Assembly (NCBI GenBank): GCA_041649315.1
Contig: JBAZNJ010000001.1
Span: 197,869-261,868, forward strand
DNA length: 64,000 nt
Direction: 5' to 3'
Source: Patescibacteria group bacterium
Lineage (GTDB): Bacteria > Patescibacteriota > Patescibacteriia > Patescibacteriales > UBA12465
Part shown: piece by piece, positions 7,806 to 16,006 of the stretch
Layout of the letters: every line of letters starts with the position of its first letter
How positions within the stretch are numbered: the stretch's first letter is position 1
Notes under the pieces: model-generated
What the model saw: the letters and a program-made list of their open reading frames with translations, nothing else
The model's database searches: none
What the model was told of the DNA's origin: nothing
Position numbers and translations under genes: made by a program

Positions 7806-9869
7806 CTAAAAATTATTATTAGTAATAGTTATTTCCTCGCCTTCAGAAAATTCTTTTTCTAAGGAAGAAACAGGAGCGGCCGAAACCGGAATTGAAGAAG
7901 AAGAAGAAGGCGATTGCGGAGAAGAAAATGAAGGGGCGGAGGCAAAAGCGGCATCCAAACGATCCGCAACGGCTTTTTCCTCATCATTACGATAAGAATC
8001 AGCCGCAACTACTTCAGAGCTTTCGTCCCGAACGGCTTTTAAAGGCGCTGTTTTAATCGGCCGGCCGCGAAAATCAACTGGCGCGGCTTGTTTTAAAGCG
8101 CTCAAAGACAAAGCCGGTCCGTCCGGTATTTTTGGTACGACGCGTTCTAAACGCTTTTTCTCTTCTTCTTTAGCTAAACGCCTTGTTTCAAGCTCAAGCC
8201 GTTTTTCCTCTTTTTTTTTAGACAAACATTCCCGGCAATAAACCGGACGAACGCCATCCGGCTCAAAAACCGTTGTCGTGGACTGGCCGCAACCGGAACA
8301 AATCGCGCTATAACCCGGTTTAGCATAACGATTATCCGACGCGACAGACCGGGGCGCGTTCTGAGACGCAGTAGTTCGAGACGCATTTATATTTTTTTGA
8401 TAAGCTCCGGGCGCCACTGAATCATTGGCGGGCGCCGGCGAAGCCGTTGGGGCGGATTGATTAAAAGCCGGTCGGCTAGGTGAGCCGTTTTGAACAGGGG
8501 CATAAGCCGGGGCGGGAGCCAAAGAAGCGGCGCCGGCCGGCCGGAATGGCTTAGCCCCTTTAGCGCCGGCATTTTGCGCACCAGTTTCCTCAATATAGCT
8601 CTCATGCCAACTCATAATTTTTTCCTCAACCGTTTCCCGATCCGAAGCGTATTTTTCTCGCGAATAACCTATAACTTTTTCTGTGTTGCCAGTTTTTTCT
8701 TCTTCTAATAAAGGCGGCAAGCCTTGAGCGGAAAAGGGCGAAGAAGCAATGCCGTCAATCATTAATTTCATATACATTTCATACTTCGGCAAATTAACAA
8801 TATCTTCTTCGGTAAAAGTCGGGGTTAATTCTTTTACTAATTCTTCAGCATCAGCCGCGCCCACGCGAAAAATAACCATCGTGCCGACATTACCAAAAAC
8901 CGCCGGCTTTACCTTCTCGCTTAATTGCTCAATATATTGATGCGCTAAAATTAAATTCAAACGATATTTACGCGCTTCCGATAAAATATTCGCAAAACTA
9001 TCCGTGGAAAAATTCTGGAATTCATCAATATAAAGATAAAAATCACGGCGTTCCTTTTCCGGCACGTCAACGCGACTCATCGCCGCCAGCTGAATTTTGG
9101 TAATCATCATCGCGCCTAAAAGAGCGGAGTTATCTTCACCAATTCGGCCTTTGGAAAGATTCATGATTAAAATCTTGCCCTTATCCATAATATCGCGGAT
9201 ATCAATTGAGGATCTAACCTGACCGATAACATTCCGCATCAAAGAACTTGATAAAAATTGCCCGACTTTATTTTGGATAGGGGAAACCGCTTCGGCCGCG
9301 AACTTATCGGCATAACCGGAAAATTCTCTTTCCCAAAAGGCCTTAACCACCGGATCTTTGATGTTAGCCACGACCCGCTTCCGGTAATTTTTATCCGATA
9401 ACATCCGGACAACGCCCAAAAGAGTCGAGCCTGGAAAATCCAAGATCGCTAAAATCGCGTTGCGTAAAATATACTCTAAACGCGGCCCCCAGGAATCAGC
9501 CCAAAGTTTTTGAAAAACACCAATCAAACCCGAAGCGACTAGATGGCGCAAATGCGGTTCAACCTGTTCCACAACATTGAAAGCAATCGGGAAATTAATA
9601 TCTGACGGATTAAAATAAACAACGTCCTCAATTCGTTCGCTCGGGATAAATTCAATAATCTTTTCCGCTAAATCGCCATGCGGATCAACAACGGCAACGC
9701 CGTGTCCGGCCCGGATATCATCCACAATCATATTCTCTAAAATTGTTGACTTGCCCATACCGGTTTTTCCAATCAAATACATATGCCGACGACGATCGTC
9801 GGTTTTAATTCCGAATTTTTTAAATTCGTTGCGATAAGTTGTTTGGGCAAAAACCGCGACGTCTTTCAT
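7806..9869 (-). CDS. VirD4/TraD/TraG-like (FtsK-HerA superfamily) ATPase with a C-terminal Ala/Pro-rich linker, zinc ribbon and charged coiled coil
   Basis: Walker A GKTGMGKST, Walker B FYLYIDEFQNF and a LILAHQYIEQL segment typical of coupling-protein C-domains. The C-terminus carries CSGCGQ...VYCRECL (CxxC-x21-CxxC) followed by a KEEKRLELETRRLAKEEEKKRLE coiled coil. Confidence 0.7.
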   Translation of the reverse strand: MKDVAVFAQTTYRNEFKKFGIKTDDRRRHMYLIGKTGMGKSTILENMIVDDIRAGHGVAVVDPHGDLAEKIIEFIPSERIEDVVYFNPSDINFPIAFNVVEQVEPHLRHLVASGLIGVFQKLWADSWGPRLEYILRNAILAILDFPGSTLLGVVRMLSDKNYRKRVVANIKDPVVKAFWEREFSGYADKFAAEAVSPIQNKVGQFLSSSLMRNVIGQVRSSIDIRDIMDKGKILIMNLSKGRIGEDNSALLGAMMITKIQLAAMSRVDVPEKERRDFYLYIDEFQNFSTDSFANILSEARKYRLNLILAHQYIEQLSEKVKPAVFGNVGTMVIFRVGAADAEELVKELTPTFTEEDIVNLPKYEMYMKLMIDGIASSPFSAQGLPPLLEEEKTGNTEKVIGYSREKYASDRETVEEKIMSWHESYIEETGAQNAGAKGAKPFRPAGAASLAPAPAYAPVQNGSPSRPAFNQSAPTASPAPANDSVAPGAYQKNINASRTTASQNAPRSVASDNRYAKPGYSAICSGCGQSTTTVFEPDGVRPVYCRECLSKKKEEKRLELETRRLAKEEEKKRLERVVPKIPDGPALSLSALKQAAPVDFRGRPIKTAPLKAVRDESSEVVAADSYRNDEEKAVADRLDAAFASAPSFSSPQSPSSSSSIPVSAAPVSSLEKEFSEGEEITITNNNF

Positions 9870-9952
9870 AATTCTTGGATTATTTATCAGGCCTACTTGG
9901 CCATCGCGCTTCTCCTGGGTAAATTGACTATTCCTTTACGGTGCAATTGTTT

Positions 9953-10213
9953 TTATTTCGTCATCTCTAAGGGGGTAGAAAAATTATTTAAATAATTTTT
10001 AGCGTAAGAAAACACGGAACGGAAAGATATTATTCCTAAAACAAAAATCCCGATAAGAAGCACTATTTTAATACCGTTCCAAATAACTTGACCATGAAAA
10101 TAATTCTTGATGAATTTAACATCTTTTAAAATCTTTCGATTCGTTTCTAAAATTTCCGTTAAAATCTCCGCCGGTTTTTTTTCTATTTTTTTATCTAATT
10201 TTTCTTCAGACAT
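9953..10213 (-). CDS. small membrane protein (86 aa)
   Basis: ORF track. Charged N-terminus followed by one TM helix (IKIVLLIGIFVLGIISF). Confidence 0.4.
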   Translation of the reverse strand: MSEEKLDKKIEKKPAEILTEILETNRKILKDVKFIKNYFHGQVIWNGIKIVLLIGIFVLGIISFRSVFSYAKNYLNNFSTPLEMTK

Positions 10214-10230
10214 ATTTTATTGGCTAATAT

Positions 10231-10387
10231 ACCGTTCGTCGGCAATGCTCCTGAGCGCCTGTAATTTCGTAGAGTAAAATTTATCGCCGGCCGGTCGCCT
10301 CCGCCAGCTGGCCGGGGTGACCGGAGAAGAGGCGGTGAATTTTGCCACAGAAATTACCGAAGCGAAGGAGTATTGCCGACGAACGGT
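10231..10387. other. GC-rich 157-nt imperfect palindrome: candidate structured RNA or MITE-like element
   Basis: A 22-bp perfect/GU closing stem (10231-10252 with 10366-10387) and an inner 8-bp helix GTAATTTC/GAAATTAC (10261-10268 with 10350-10357). Further inner pairings are CCGGTC/GACCGG and GCCAGCTGGC. There is no ORF, and it sits in otherwise AT-rich spacer. Confidence 0.45.
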
Positions 10388-10423
10388 TTTAATACAAATT
10401 TAATAAAAATTTCTACTAATATC

Positions 10424-11152
10424 CTACTCACGCACCGCGCAAAGATCAACATATTTCCGGCCAATAGCCGCAAACTCGGCCATTTCCTTTCGCGTATAAG
10501 ATTTTTTCGTTTGATACGCGCTATTAACTAAGCCCGTATCGGATTTAAAGCTTTGTAAGTACCATTTAGCCGCGCCCTTAATCGCCTGGCCCATTAACGC
10601 GAAATCGGCCGCGCCTAAAAGCCCGGGAACAACGGTTGTCCTAAATTCATAGGGCAATCCGCTCTCCATGATAATTTTAACACTTTTTTGCAAATTATCA
10701 CAATTTATCTTAACCCCGACCACGGATTCATACTTTTCCAAAGGCGCTTTTAAATCCATAGCAATATAATCAATTAAACCCTTTTTAATCAATTCTTTTA
10801 GCATTTTCGGATTAGTCCCATTAGTATCAAGCTTTACTAAATAACCGATTTCCTTTATTTTTTTAATAAAAAACGGCAAGTCGGGATATAAAGTCGGCTC
10901 CCCGCCACTGATAACTACTCCGTCTAAACGGCCGAATCTTTCCTTTAAAAAAAGAAAAAGATTTTCAATGGAAACCGAGGGAAAACCTTTTTCTTTTTTT
11001 ATATTTTTTTCGTCCTTTCCCTCACCGGGCAGGACAAGCAATGGGTTATAACAATAATGACAACGAAAATTACACCCAGCAGTAAAGATTATGGCCGCCA
11101 AATGATCGGGATAGTCGAGAAGGGTTAATTTCTCAAAACCACCAATAATCAT
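10424..11152 (-). CDS. nrdG: anaerobic ribonucleotide reductase activating protein (radical SAM)
   Basis: CNFRCHYC (CxxxCxxC) cluster motif, GGEPTL, 242 aa. It lies downstream of nrdD. Confidence 0.9.
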   Translation of the reverse strand: MIIGGFEKLTLLDYPDHLAAIIFTAGCNFRCHYCYNPLLVLPGEGKDEKNIKKEKGFPSVSIENLFLFLKERFGRLDGVVISGGEPTLYPDLPFFIKKIKEIGYLVKLDTNGTNPKMLKELIKKGLIDYIAMDLKAPLEKYESVVGVKINCDNLQKSVKIIMESGLPYEFRTTVVPGLLGAADFALMGQAIKGAAKWYLQSFKSDTGLVNSAYQTKKSYTRKEMAEFAAIGRKYVDLCAVRE

Positions 11153-11170
11153 AGGCCTTAATTTAATTTT

Positions 11171-11308
11171 TTAATCTTTAATCTTAAAAGTTTTACGATC
11201 CTTATATTCAGCCGCTTTCCCCGGATTATAGTTTCTTACCGGAGTTAGCCAGCCGACGACACGGCTGTAAACAGTACATTCAGTACGTTGAGTTTGAATC
11301 GGACTCAT
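11171..11308 (-). CDS. stand-alone glycyl-radical segment of anaerobic RNR (45 aa), split from NrdD
   Basis: Hand translation: MSPIQTQRTECTVYSRVVGWLTPVRNYNPGKAAEYKDRKTFKIKD*. It matches the NrdD C-terminal radical loop pattern (R-x-x-G-aromatic ... N-x-G-K-x-x-E). It is below the 60-aa cutoff of the ORF track. Confidence 0.75.
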   Translation of the reverse strand: MSPIQTQRTECTVYSRVVGWLTPVRNYNPGKAAEYKDRKTFKIKD

Positions 11309-11356
11309 ATAGTTATTATTAATATTATTATAAATTAATAAATTATTATTTTTTAA

Positions 11357-13420
11357 TTATTGAGCTTCCGCGCCGTCTTGTTTTATTCCGGCTTCTACTT
11401 TTTCTTCATAACCGATTTCTTCATCGCATTTCGGGCAATATTTATGCTCACCGGAAATATAACCATGTTTCGGGCAAATTGAGAAAGTCGGGGTAATCGT
11501 AAAGTAAGGCAGATGATAATTATCAACAATCTTTTTCACTAATTTTTTCGCGGTCTCGCCGTCCGACAAACGTTCGCCTAAATAGCCATGTAAAACCGTG
11601 CCGCCGGTATATTTTGTCTGGATATTATCCTGCAGATCAAGGGCGGAAAAAATATCATCGGTAAAATTAACATGTAAATGCGTTGAATTCGTATAATAAG
11701 GGTCCGCGCCCTGGGTCTTAACCGCTTCACTGTTAGCGCAAATTATCCCGGGATAAAGCTGTTGGTCTTTTTTCGCGAAACGATAAGTACAGCCCTCGCC
11801 CGGCGTCGCTTCCAAATTATAAAGATTATTTGTTTCATTCTGAAAATCCATTAATTTTTCCCGCATAAACTCCAGAATTTCAATAGCAAAGGCCTGTCCC
11901 TCCGAAGTCGTTAAATCTTTCCCCATCAAATTTAAAATTGCCTCGTTCATGCCATTGATGCCAATCGTGGAAAAATGATTTTTCCAATAAAAACCAAAAC
12001 GCGCCTTAATATTTTCTAAATAAAACATTGAATAGGGATAAAGACGATCGTCGGTAAATTGTTCTAAAATCTTGCGCTTTATTTCTAAACTATCTTTAGC
12101 TAAATCCATTGTCGCCGCTAAACGCTTTTTAAATTCTTCTTTATCTTTAGAAAGATAGCCGAGGCGCGGTAAATTTATAGTTACGACACCAATTGATCCG
12201 GTTAAAGGATTAGCCCCGAATAAACCGCCGCCGCGCTTGCGCAATTCCCGATTATCAAGCCGTAAACGGCAACACATTGACCGGGCGTCATCGCGATTCA
12301 TATCCGAGTTAACAAAATTAGAAAAATAAGGAATCCCATATTTCGCCGTCATCTCCCAAGCCGGCTTCAAGCTTTCCCGATCCCAATCAAATTCCTTATC
12401 AATATTATAAGTCGGAATCGGAAAACCAAAGACCCGTCCAGTCGAATCGCCAGCCAACATCACTTCGGCAAAGGCCTGATTAAACATATCCATTTCCGGT
12501 TGAAAATCCTTGTATTTTTCCGGCATAATCTCGCCTCCGATAATCGCGTTCTCTTCGCCAATCATCGGCGACGGCGTAACATCCAAAGTAATATTAGTAA
12601 ACGGAGTCTGGAAACCGACTCGGGTCGGGACATTGATATTAAACATGAATTCCTGTAAACCCTGTTTTACTTCTTTATAAGTTAAATGATCATAACGAAT
12701 AAACGGCGCTAAATAAGTATCAAAATTCGCAAAGGCCTGTGCGCCGGCTGATTCGCCCTGGAGCGTATAGAAGAAATTAATGATCTGGCCGAGAGCGCTG
12801 CGGAAATGTTTAGGCGGGCCGCTCTGGACTTTTTCGCTCACCCCGCGGAAACCGCGAATCAAAAGATCCTTAAGATCCCAACCGCAACAATAAGTCGCTA
12901 ATAAACCAAGGTCATGGATATGAAAATCACCGTTAACATGGGCCTCCCTGATATTCTCCGGGTACATCTTATTAAGCCAATACCGGGCAGAAATCGCTGA
13001 AGCTACATAATTATTTAGTCCTTGGACCGAAAAACTCATATTACTATTTTCTTTCAAGCGCCAATCCGCCCGGCCTAAATAATCTTCCATTAATTTATCA
13101 TCAACGGTCGCGGAATTAATATCCCGCAATTGACGATGCTGTTCCCGATACAGGATATAATTCTTAGCGATACTAATCAGTTTATTCTCAATCAAAACCT
13201 CTTCCACAATGTCCTGAACTTCTTCCACGGCCGGGATGCTGTTTTTATGGAATTTCTTATTAAGCTTTAAAGAGACCTGATCGGCAATCTTTTTCGCTAA
13301 ATGGCGATCATCGATCTTTACGGCTAAAGCGGCTTTATAAATAGCTTTAACGATCTTATCCAGATCAAAATCAACGATTTCTCCGGACCTTTTAATGATT
13401 TTGCTGATAGTTTCTGACAT
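11357..13420 (-). CDS. nrdD: anaerobic ribonucleoside-triphosphate reductase, large part (ATP-cone plus catalytic barrel plus Zn site, lacking the glycyl-radical loop)
   Basis: N-terminal ATP-cone, MCCRLRLD finger-loop cysteines and a C-terminal Zn site CPKH...CPKC. The ORF stops 22 aa after the Zn site without an RxxG(Y/W) motif. Confidence 0.95.
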   Translation of the reverse strand: MSETISKIIKRSGEIVDFDLDKIVKAIYKAALAVKIDDRHLAKKIADQVSLKLNKKFHKNSIPAVEEVQDIVEEVLIENKLISIAKNYILYREQHRQLRDINSATVDDKLMEDYLGRADWRLKENSNMSFSVQGLNNYVASAISARYWLNKMYPENIREAHVNGDFHIHDLGLLATYCCGWDLKDLLIRGFRGVSEKVQSGPPKHFRSALGQIINFFYTLQGESAGAQAFANFDTYLAPFIRYDHLTYKEVKQGLQEFMFNINVPTRVGFQTPFTNITLDVTPSPMIGEENAIIGGEIMPEKYKDFQPEMDMFNQAFAEVMLAGDSTGRVFGFPIPTYNIDKEFDWDRESLKPAWEMTAKYGIPYFSNFVNSDMNRDDARSMCCRLRLDNRELRKRGGGLFGANPLTGSIGVVTINLPRLGYLSKDKEEFKKRLAATMDLAKDSLEIKRKILEQFTDDRLYPYSMFYLENIKARFGFYWKNHFSTIGINGMNEAILNLMGKDLTTSEGQAFAIEILEFMREKLMDFQNETNNLYNLEATPGEGCTYRFAKKDQQLYPGIICANSEAVKTQGADPYYTNSTHLHVNFTDDIFSALDLQDNIQTKYTGGTVLHGYLGERLSDGETAKKLVKKIVDNYHLPYFTITPTFSICPKHGYISGEHKYCPKCDEEIGYEEKVEAGIKQDGAEAQ

Positions 13421-13431
13421 AGGGAAGATAA

Positions 13432-13890
13432 TTATTTTTTTTCTTTAATTAATTTATTAAGCTCTTTGCGAAATTCATGCGCATCTTTAAAAGATTCATA
13501 AACCGAGGCATAACGGATATAGGCAATCGGATCAATTTTCTTTAAATTCTTCATTGCAGCCATTCCAACCTGCTTTGAGGTTATTTCGGTCTTCTTTAAA
13601 CGCTGTAAATCCCGCTCAATTGAGTTCACGAGCTTTTTAAAACGATCCTCGGTAATCGGCCGCTTCTCGCAGGACTTCTTTAAACCGCTAACCAGCTTTT
13701 CCCGGCTATAAGATTCTCGCCGGCCGTCCCGTTTAACAATAATCAAGTCCAATAACTCTATTTCTTCATAAGTCGAGAAACGAAAACCGCATTTTAAGCA
13801 TTCGCGGCGGCGGCGGATAGACAAGCCGTCCGGAGCAACCCGAGAATCAACTACTTTTGTGTCTAAAAAATAACAAATTGGACATTTCAT
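13432..13890 (-). CDS. nrdR: transcriptional repressor NrdR
   Basis: MKCPICYFLDTKVVDSR zinc ribbon plus ATP-cone. 152 aa. Confidence 0.95.
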   Translation of the reverse strand: MKCPICYFLDTKVVDSRVAPDGLSIRRRRECLKCGFRFSTYEEIELLDLIIVKRDGRRESYSREKLVSGLKKSCEKRPITEDRFKKLVNSIERDLQRLKKTEITSKQVGMAAMKNLKKIDPIAYIRYASVYESFKDAHEFRKELNKLIKEKK

Positions 13891-13912
13891 AAGAATTGGG
13901 TTATCCGCAAAA

Positions 13913-13960
13913 TTACCATATTTAGGGCTCTCTTAGTAAATAGACCACTAAATATTGTGT
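13913..13960 (-). promoter_or_regulatory. tandem NrdR-box candidates upstream of nrdR-nrdD-nrdG
   Basis: CCACTAAATATTGTGT (13945-13960) matches the 16-bp NrdR palindrome acaCwAtATaTwGtgt at 14/16. TTACCATATTTAGGGC (13913-13928) matches at 10/16. The centre-to-centre distance is 32 bp, the usual tandem spacing. Confidence 0.6.
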
Positions 13961-14223
13961 CTATTAGTATTTTAGCAAATTTTTACCTATGGGTCAATTT
14001 AGCTAACTTTCAAAAAAATAATTAAAAATTCTAAAGTTATCCACAGAAATTTAAAAAAACTTTAAACATGAAAATATCGATCAAAAAAATATCGGCAAAG
14101 ATTAAACTTAAAATAAATAGATTAATAAAGGCCGAATAATTAAAACAAAGAAATGAAAGGCTAAAAAGGGTAAAAGAAAAAGCCCTTTAAATAAGGACTT
14201 TTTATACTTTCTAAAAGTGTGGC

Positions 14224-14616
14224 CTAATAAGCATCGCACTTTTTTTTATATATTCTAGTCATAACGCCGATATTCCGGCCGTTTCTTTTATAGAATATGT
14301 ATTCTTTGTGTTTAACTTGACGCTTGCCGTCAACAATGGTTACGAGAAACCCATTCTTGGATTTCTTCTTATTATGTATATTCCAATCATAGGAATATCT
14401 AGGGGCTTTTTCTAATTCATGCCCTTCGTTCCATCTTCCGGCTGAAGGCGGGGGATTCTGAAGAACGTTGTTATGCATCCAGCTAGCGTTTGATTTCTTC
14501 GACTTCGGCGCCTTTTTATGCTTTTGGACTTTTATCTCTTTAGCGTAAGGAAACTGGGCCTGAGCCGCTCCTATGGCCATCACAAAGATGGCTAATAAAA
14601 ATATAATTCTTTTCAT
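14224..14616 (-). CDS. small secreted Lys-rich protein (130 aa)
   Basis: Signal peptide MKRIIFLLAIFVMAIGAAQA. No recognisable domain. AT-rich coding sequence. Confidence 0.5.
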   Translation of the reverse strand: MKRIIFLLAIFVMAIGAAQAQFPYAKEIKVQKHKKAPKSKKSNASWMHNNVLQNPPPSAGRWNEGHELEKAPRYSYDWNIHNKKKSKNGFLVTIVDGKRQVKHKEYIFYKRNGRNIGVMTRIYKKKCDAY

Positions 14617-14731
14617 GATTATAGGTTTTTGTTAAACAACTAAAATTTTATAAAAACATTATATCATAAAACAAATTACTTGTCAATACTTAGTAAGTCC
14701 ACGGAAATTTCGGAAAAATGAAATCTAGAGT

Positions 14732-14756
14732 AAAAAAACAAGGCGGAAACCGCCTT
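14732..14756 (-). terminator. rho-independent terminator after ftsZ
   Basis: AAGGCGG-AAA-CCGCCTT hairpin. On the minus strand it is followed by GTTTTTTT. Confidence 0.7.
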
Positions 14757-14785
14757 ATTTTATCGCTCAAATTATTTTATAAAGT

Positions 14786-15994
14786 TTACCCCATTTTCTT
14801 CCGAATAAAAGCCGGAACGCTTAAATCATCATCTTCTTCTTTTTCGTCTAGCTTAACCGCCTTCTTCTCTAAGGCCGGTTTCATTGGGATACTCTTAAAA
14901 ACGGAAAATTTGCTTTTTGGCTTTTCTTCTGTTGATTCCGTTTCCTTTTCCTTTTCTTTAAACCCGCCAAAGCTTTTTTCTTTCTCAATAAAGGCATTCG
15001 GAGTATAGGCCTTAGACGATTCGCTTTTTCTTGAATTCTCATGGCCGTCAAAACCGGTCGCGACGACCGTAATCTTGATTTCGTCCTTCATATTTTCATC
15101 AATTACCGCCCCGAAAATAATCTTCGCTTCCTCGTCCGCGGCCGAAGTTATAACTTTAGCCGCCTCGCTCACCTCAGTCATGCTTAAATCCGGCCCGCCG
15201 GTAACCGTAAAGACAATACCGCGGGCACCGTCAATTGACATATCAAGTAAACTTGAATTTATCGCCGCTTTTGCCGCCTCAACCGCCCTATTTTCGCCGC
15301 TCGCTTGACCAATACCCATTAAAGCCGAGCCAGCGTTAGACATCACCGCTTTAACATCGGCAAAGTCGGCGTTAATGATTCCGGGAACAGTAATAATTTC
15401 CGCGATCCCCTGAACGCCCTGACGCAAAACATCATCGGCAATCTGAAAGGCCTCTAAGAGCGGAGTTTTTTTATCAATAACCTGGAGTAATTTATCATTA
15501 GAAATAGTAATAATCGTGTCAACTTTGTCGGCTAATTCCGTAAAAGCCCGATCAGCGATATTTTTTCGTTGGCCGCCTTCAAAAACAAAGGGTCGGGTAA
15601 CTACCGCGACCGTCAAAGCGCCAAGTTCTTTCGCAATCTGGGCGACAATCGGCGAAGCGCCCGAGCCAGTACCGCCGCCTAAGCCACAGGTTACAAAAAC
15701 CATATCGCAACCTTTTAAGGCCTCCCTAATCTCATTCTGGGACTCCTCGGCCGCGTTCTTACCTAATTCCGGATTCATGCCCGCACCTAAACCGCGCGTT
15801 ACGGTTTTCCCGATATGGATCTTCTCATTCGCTTTATTAAAATGAAGCGCCTGGACATCAGTATTAACCGCCACAAAACTAACACCTTTGATACCCCCAG
15901 CAATCATTCGATTAATCGCGCTCCCGCCGCCGCCACCGACGCCGGTGACTTTAATTTTAGCAAAAGTTTCAATGTCAGGTTTTATTTCCGCCAT
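14786..15994 (-). CDS. ftsZ: cell division GTPase FtsZ
   Basis: [13 protein letters not shown], tubulin signature GGGTGSGA and a C-terminal acidic linker ending in [12 protein letters not shown]. Confidence 0.97.
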   Translation of the reverse strand: MAEIKPDIETFAKIKVTGVGGGGGSAINRMIAGGIKGVSFVAVNTDVQALHFNKANEKIHIGKTVTRGLGAGMNPELGKNAAEESQNEIREALKGCDMVFVTCGLGGGTGSGASPIVAQIAKELGALTVAVVTRPFVFEGGQRKNIADRAFTELADKVDTIITISNDKLLQVIDKKTPLLEAFQIADDVLRQGVQGIAEIITVPGIINADFADVKAVMSNAGSALMGIGQASGENRAVEAAKAAINSSLLDMSIDGARGIVFTVTGGPDLSMTEVSEAAKVITSAADEEAKIIFGAVIDENMKDEIKITVVATGFDGHENSRKSESSKAYTPNAFIEKEKSFGGFKEKEKETESTEEKPKSKFSVFKSIPMKPALEKKAVKLDEKEEDDDLSVPAFIRKKMG

Positions 15995-16006
15995 AAAATT
16001 ATATTA

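Noticed and set aside
8174-8605. Two off-frame minus-strand ORFs (70 and 72 aa) inside the ATPase gene.
   Set aside because: They lie in the Ala/Pro-rich linker, where all frames stay open. There is no independent start context and no motif.
9893-9916. An AGGAG Shine-Dalgarno sequence 7 nt upstream of a mini-ORF (ATG-GCC-AAG-TAG), just ahead of the ATPase gene.
   Set aside because: A two-codon peptide cannot be supported from sequence alone, and this may be a chance SD-like string.
10231-10387. Attempts to identify the palindromic element as SRP RNA, a cobalamin riboswitch (a B12-box-like GAGGCGACCGGCC on the minus strand) or 6S RNA.
   Set aside because: The SRP helix-8 motif (GGAA tetraloop with AGCA) is absent. 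Only part of a B12 box matches, the other conserved riboswitch cores are missing, and the downstream gene is unrelated to B12. 6S cannot be judged without a covariance model. The element is therefore left unassigned.
13891-14223. Replication origin (oriC), suggested by the perfect DnaA box in an AT-rich spacer.
   Set aside because: There are only two box-like sites, no dnaA/dnaN nearby and no cluster of boxes or obvious DUE repeats. A single perfect 9-mer is compatible with chance.
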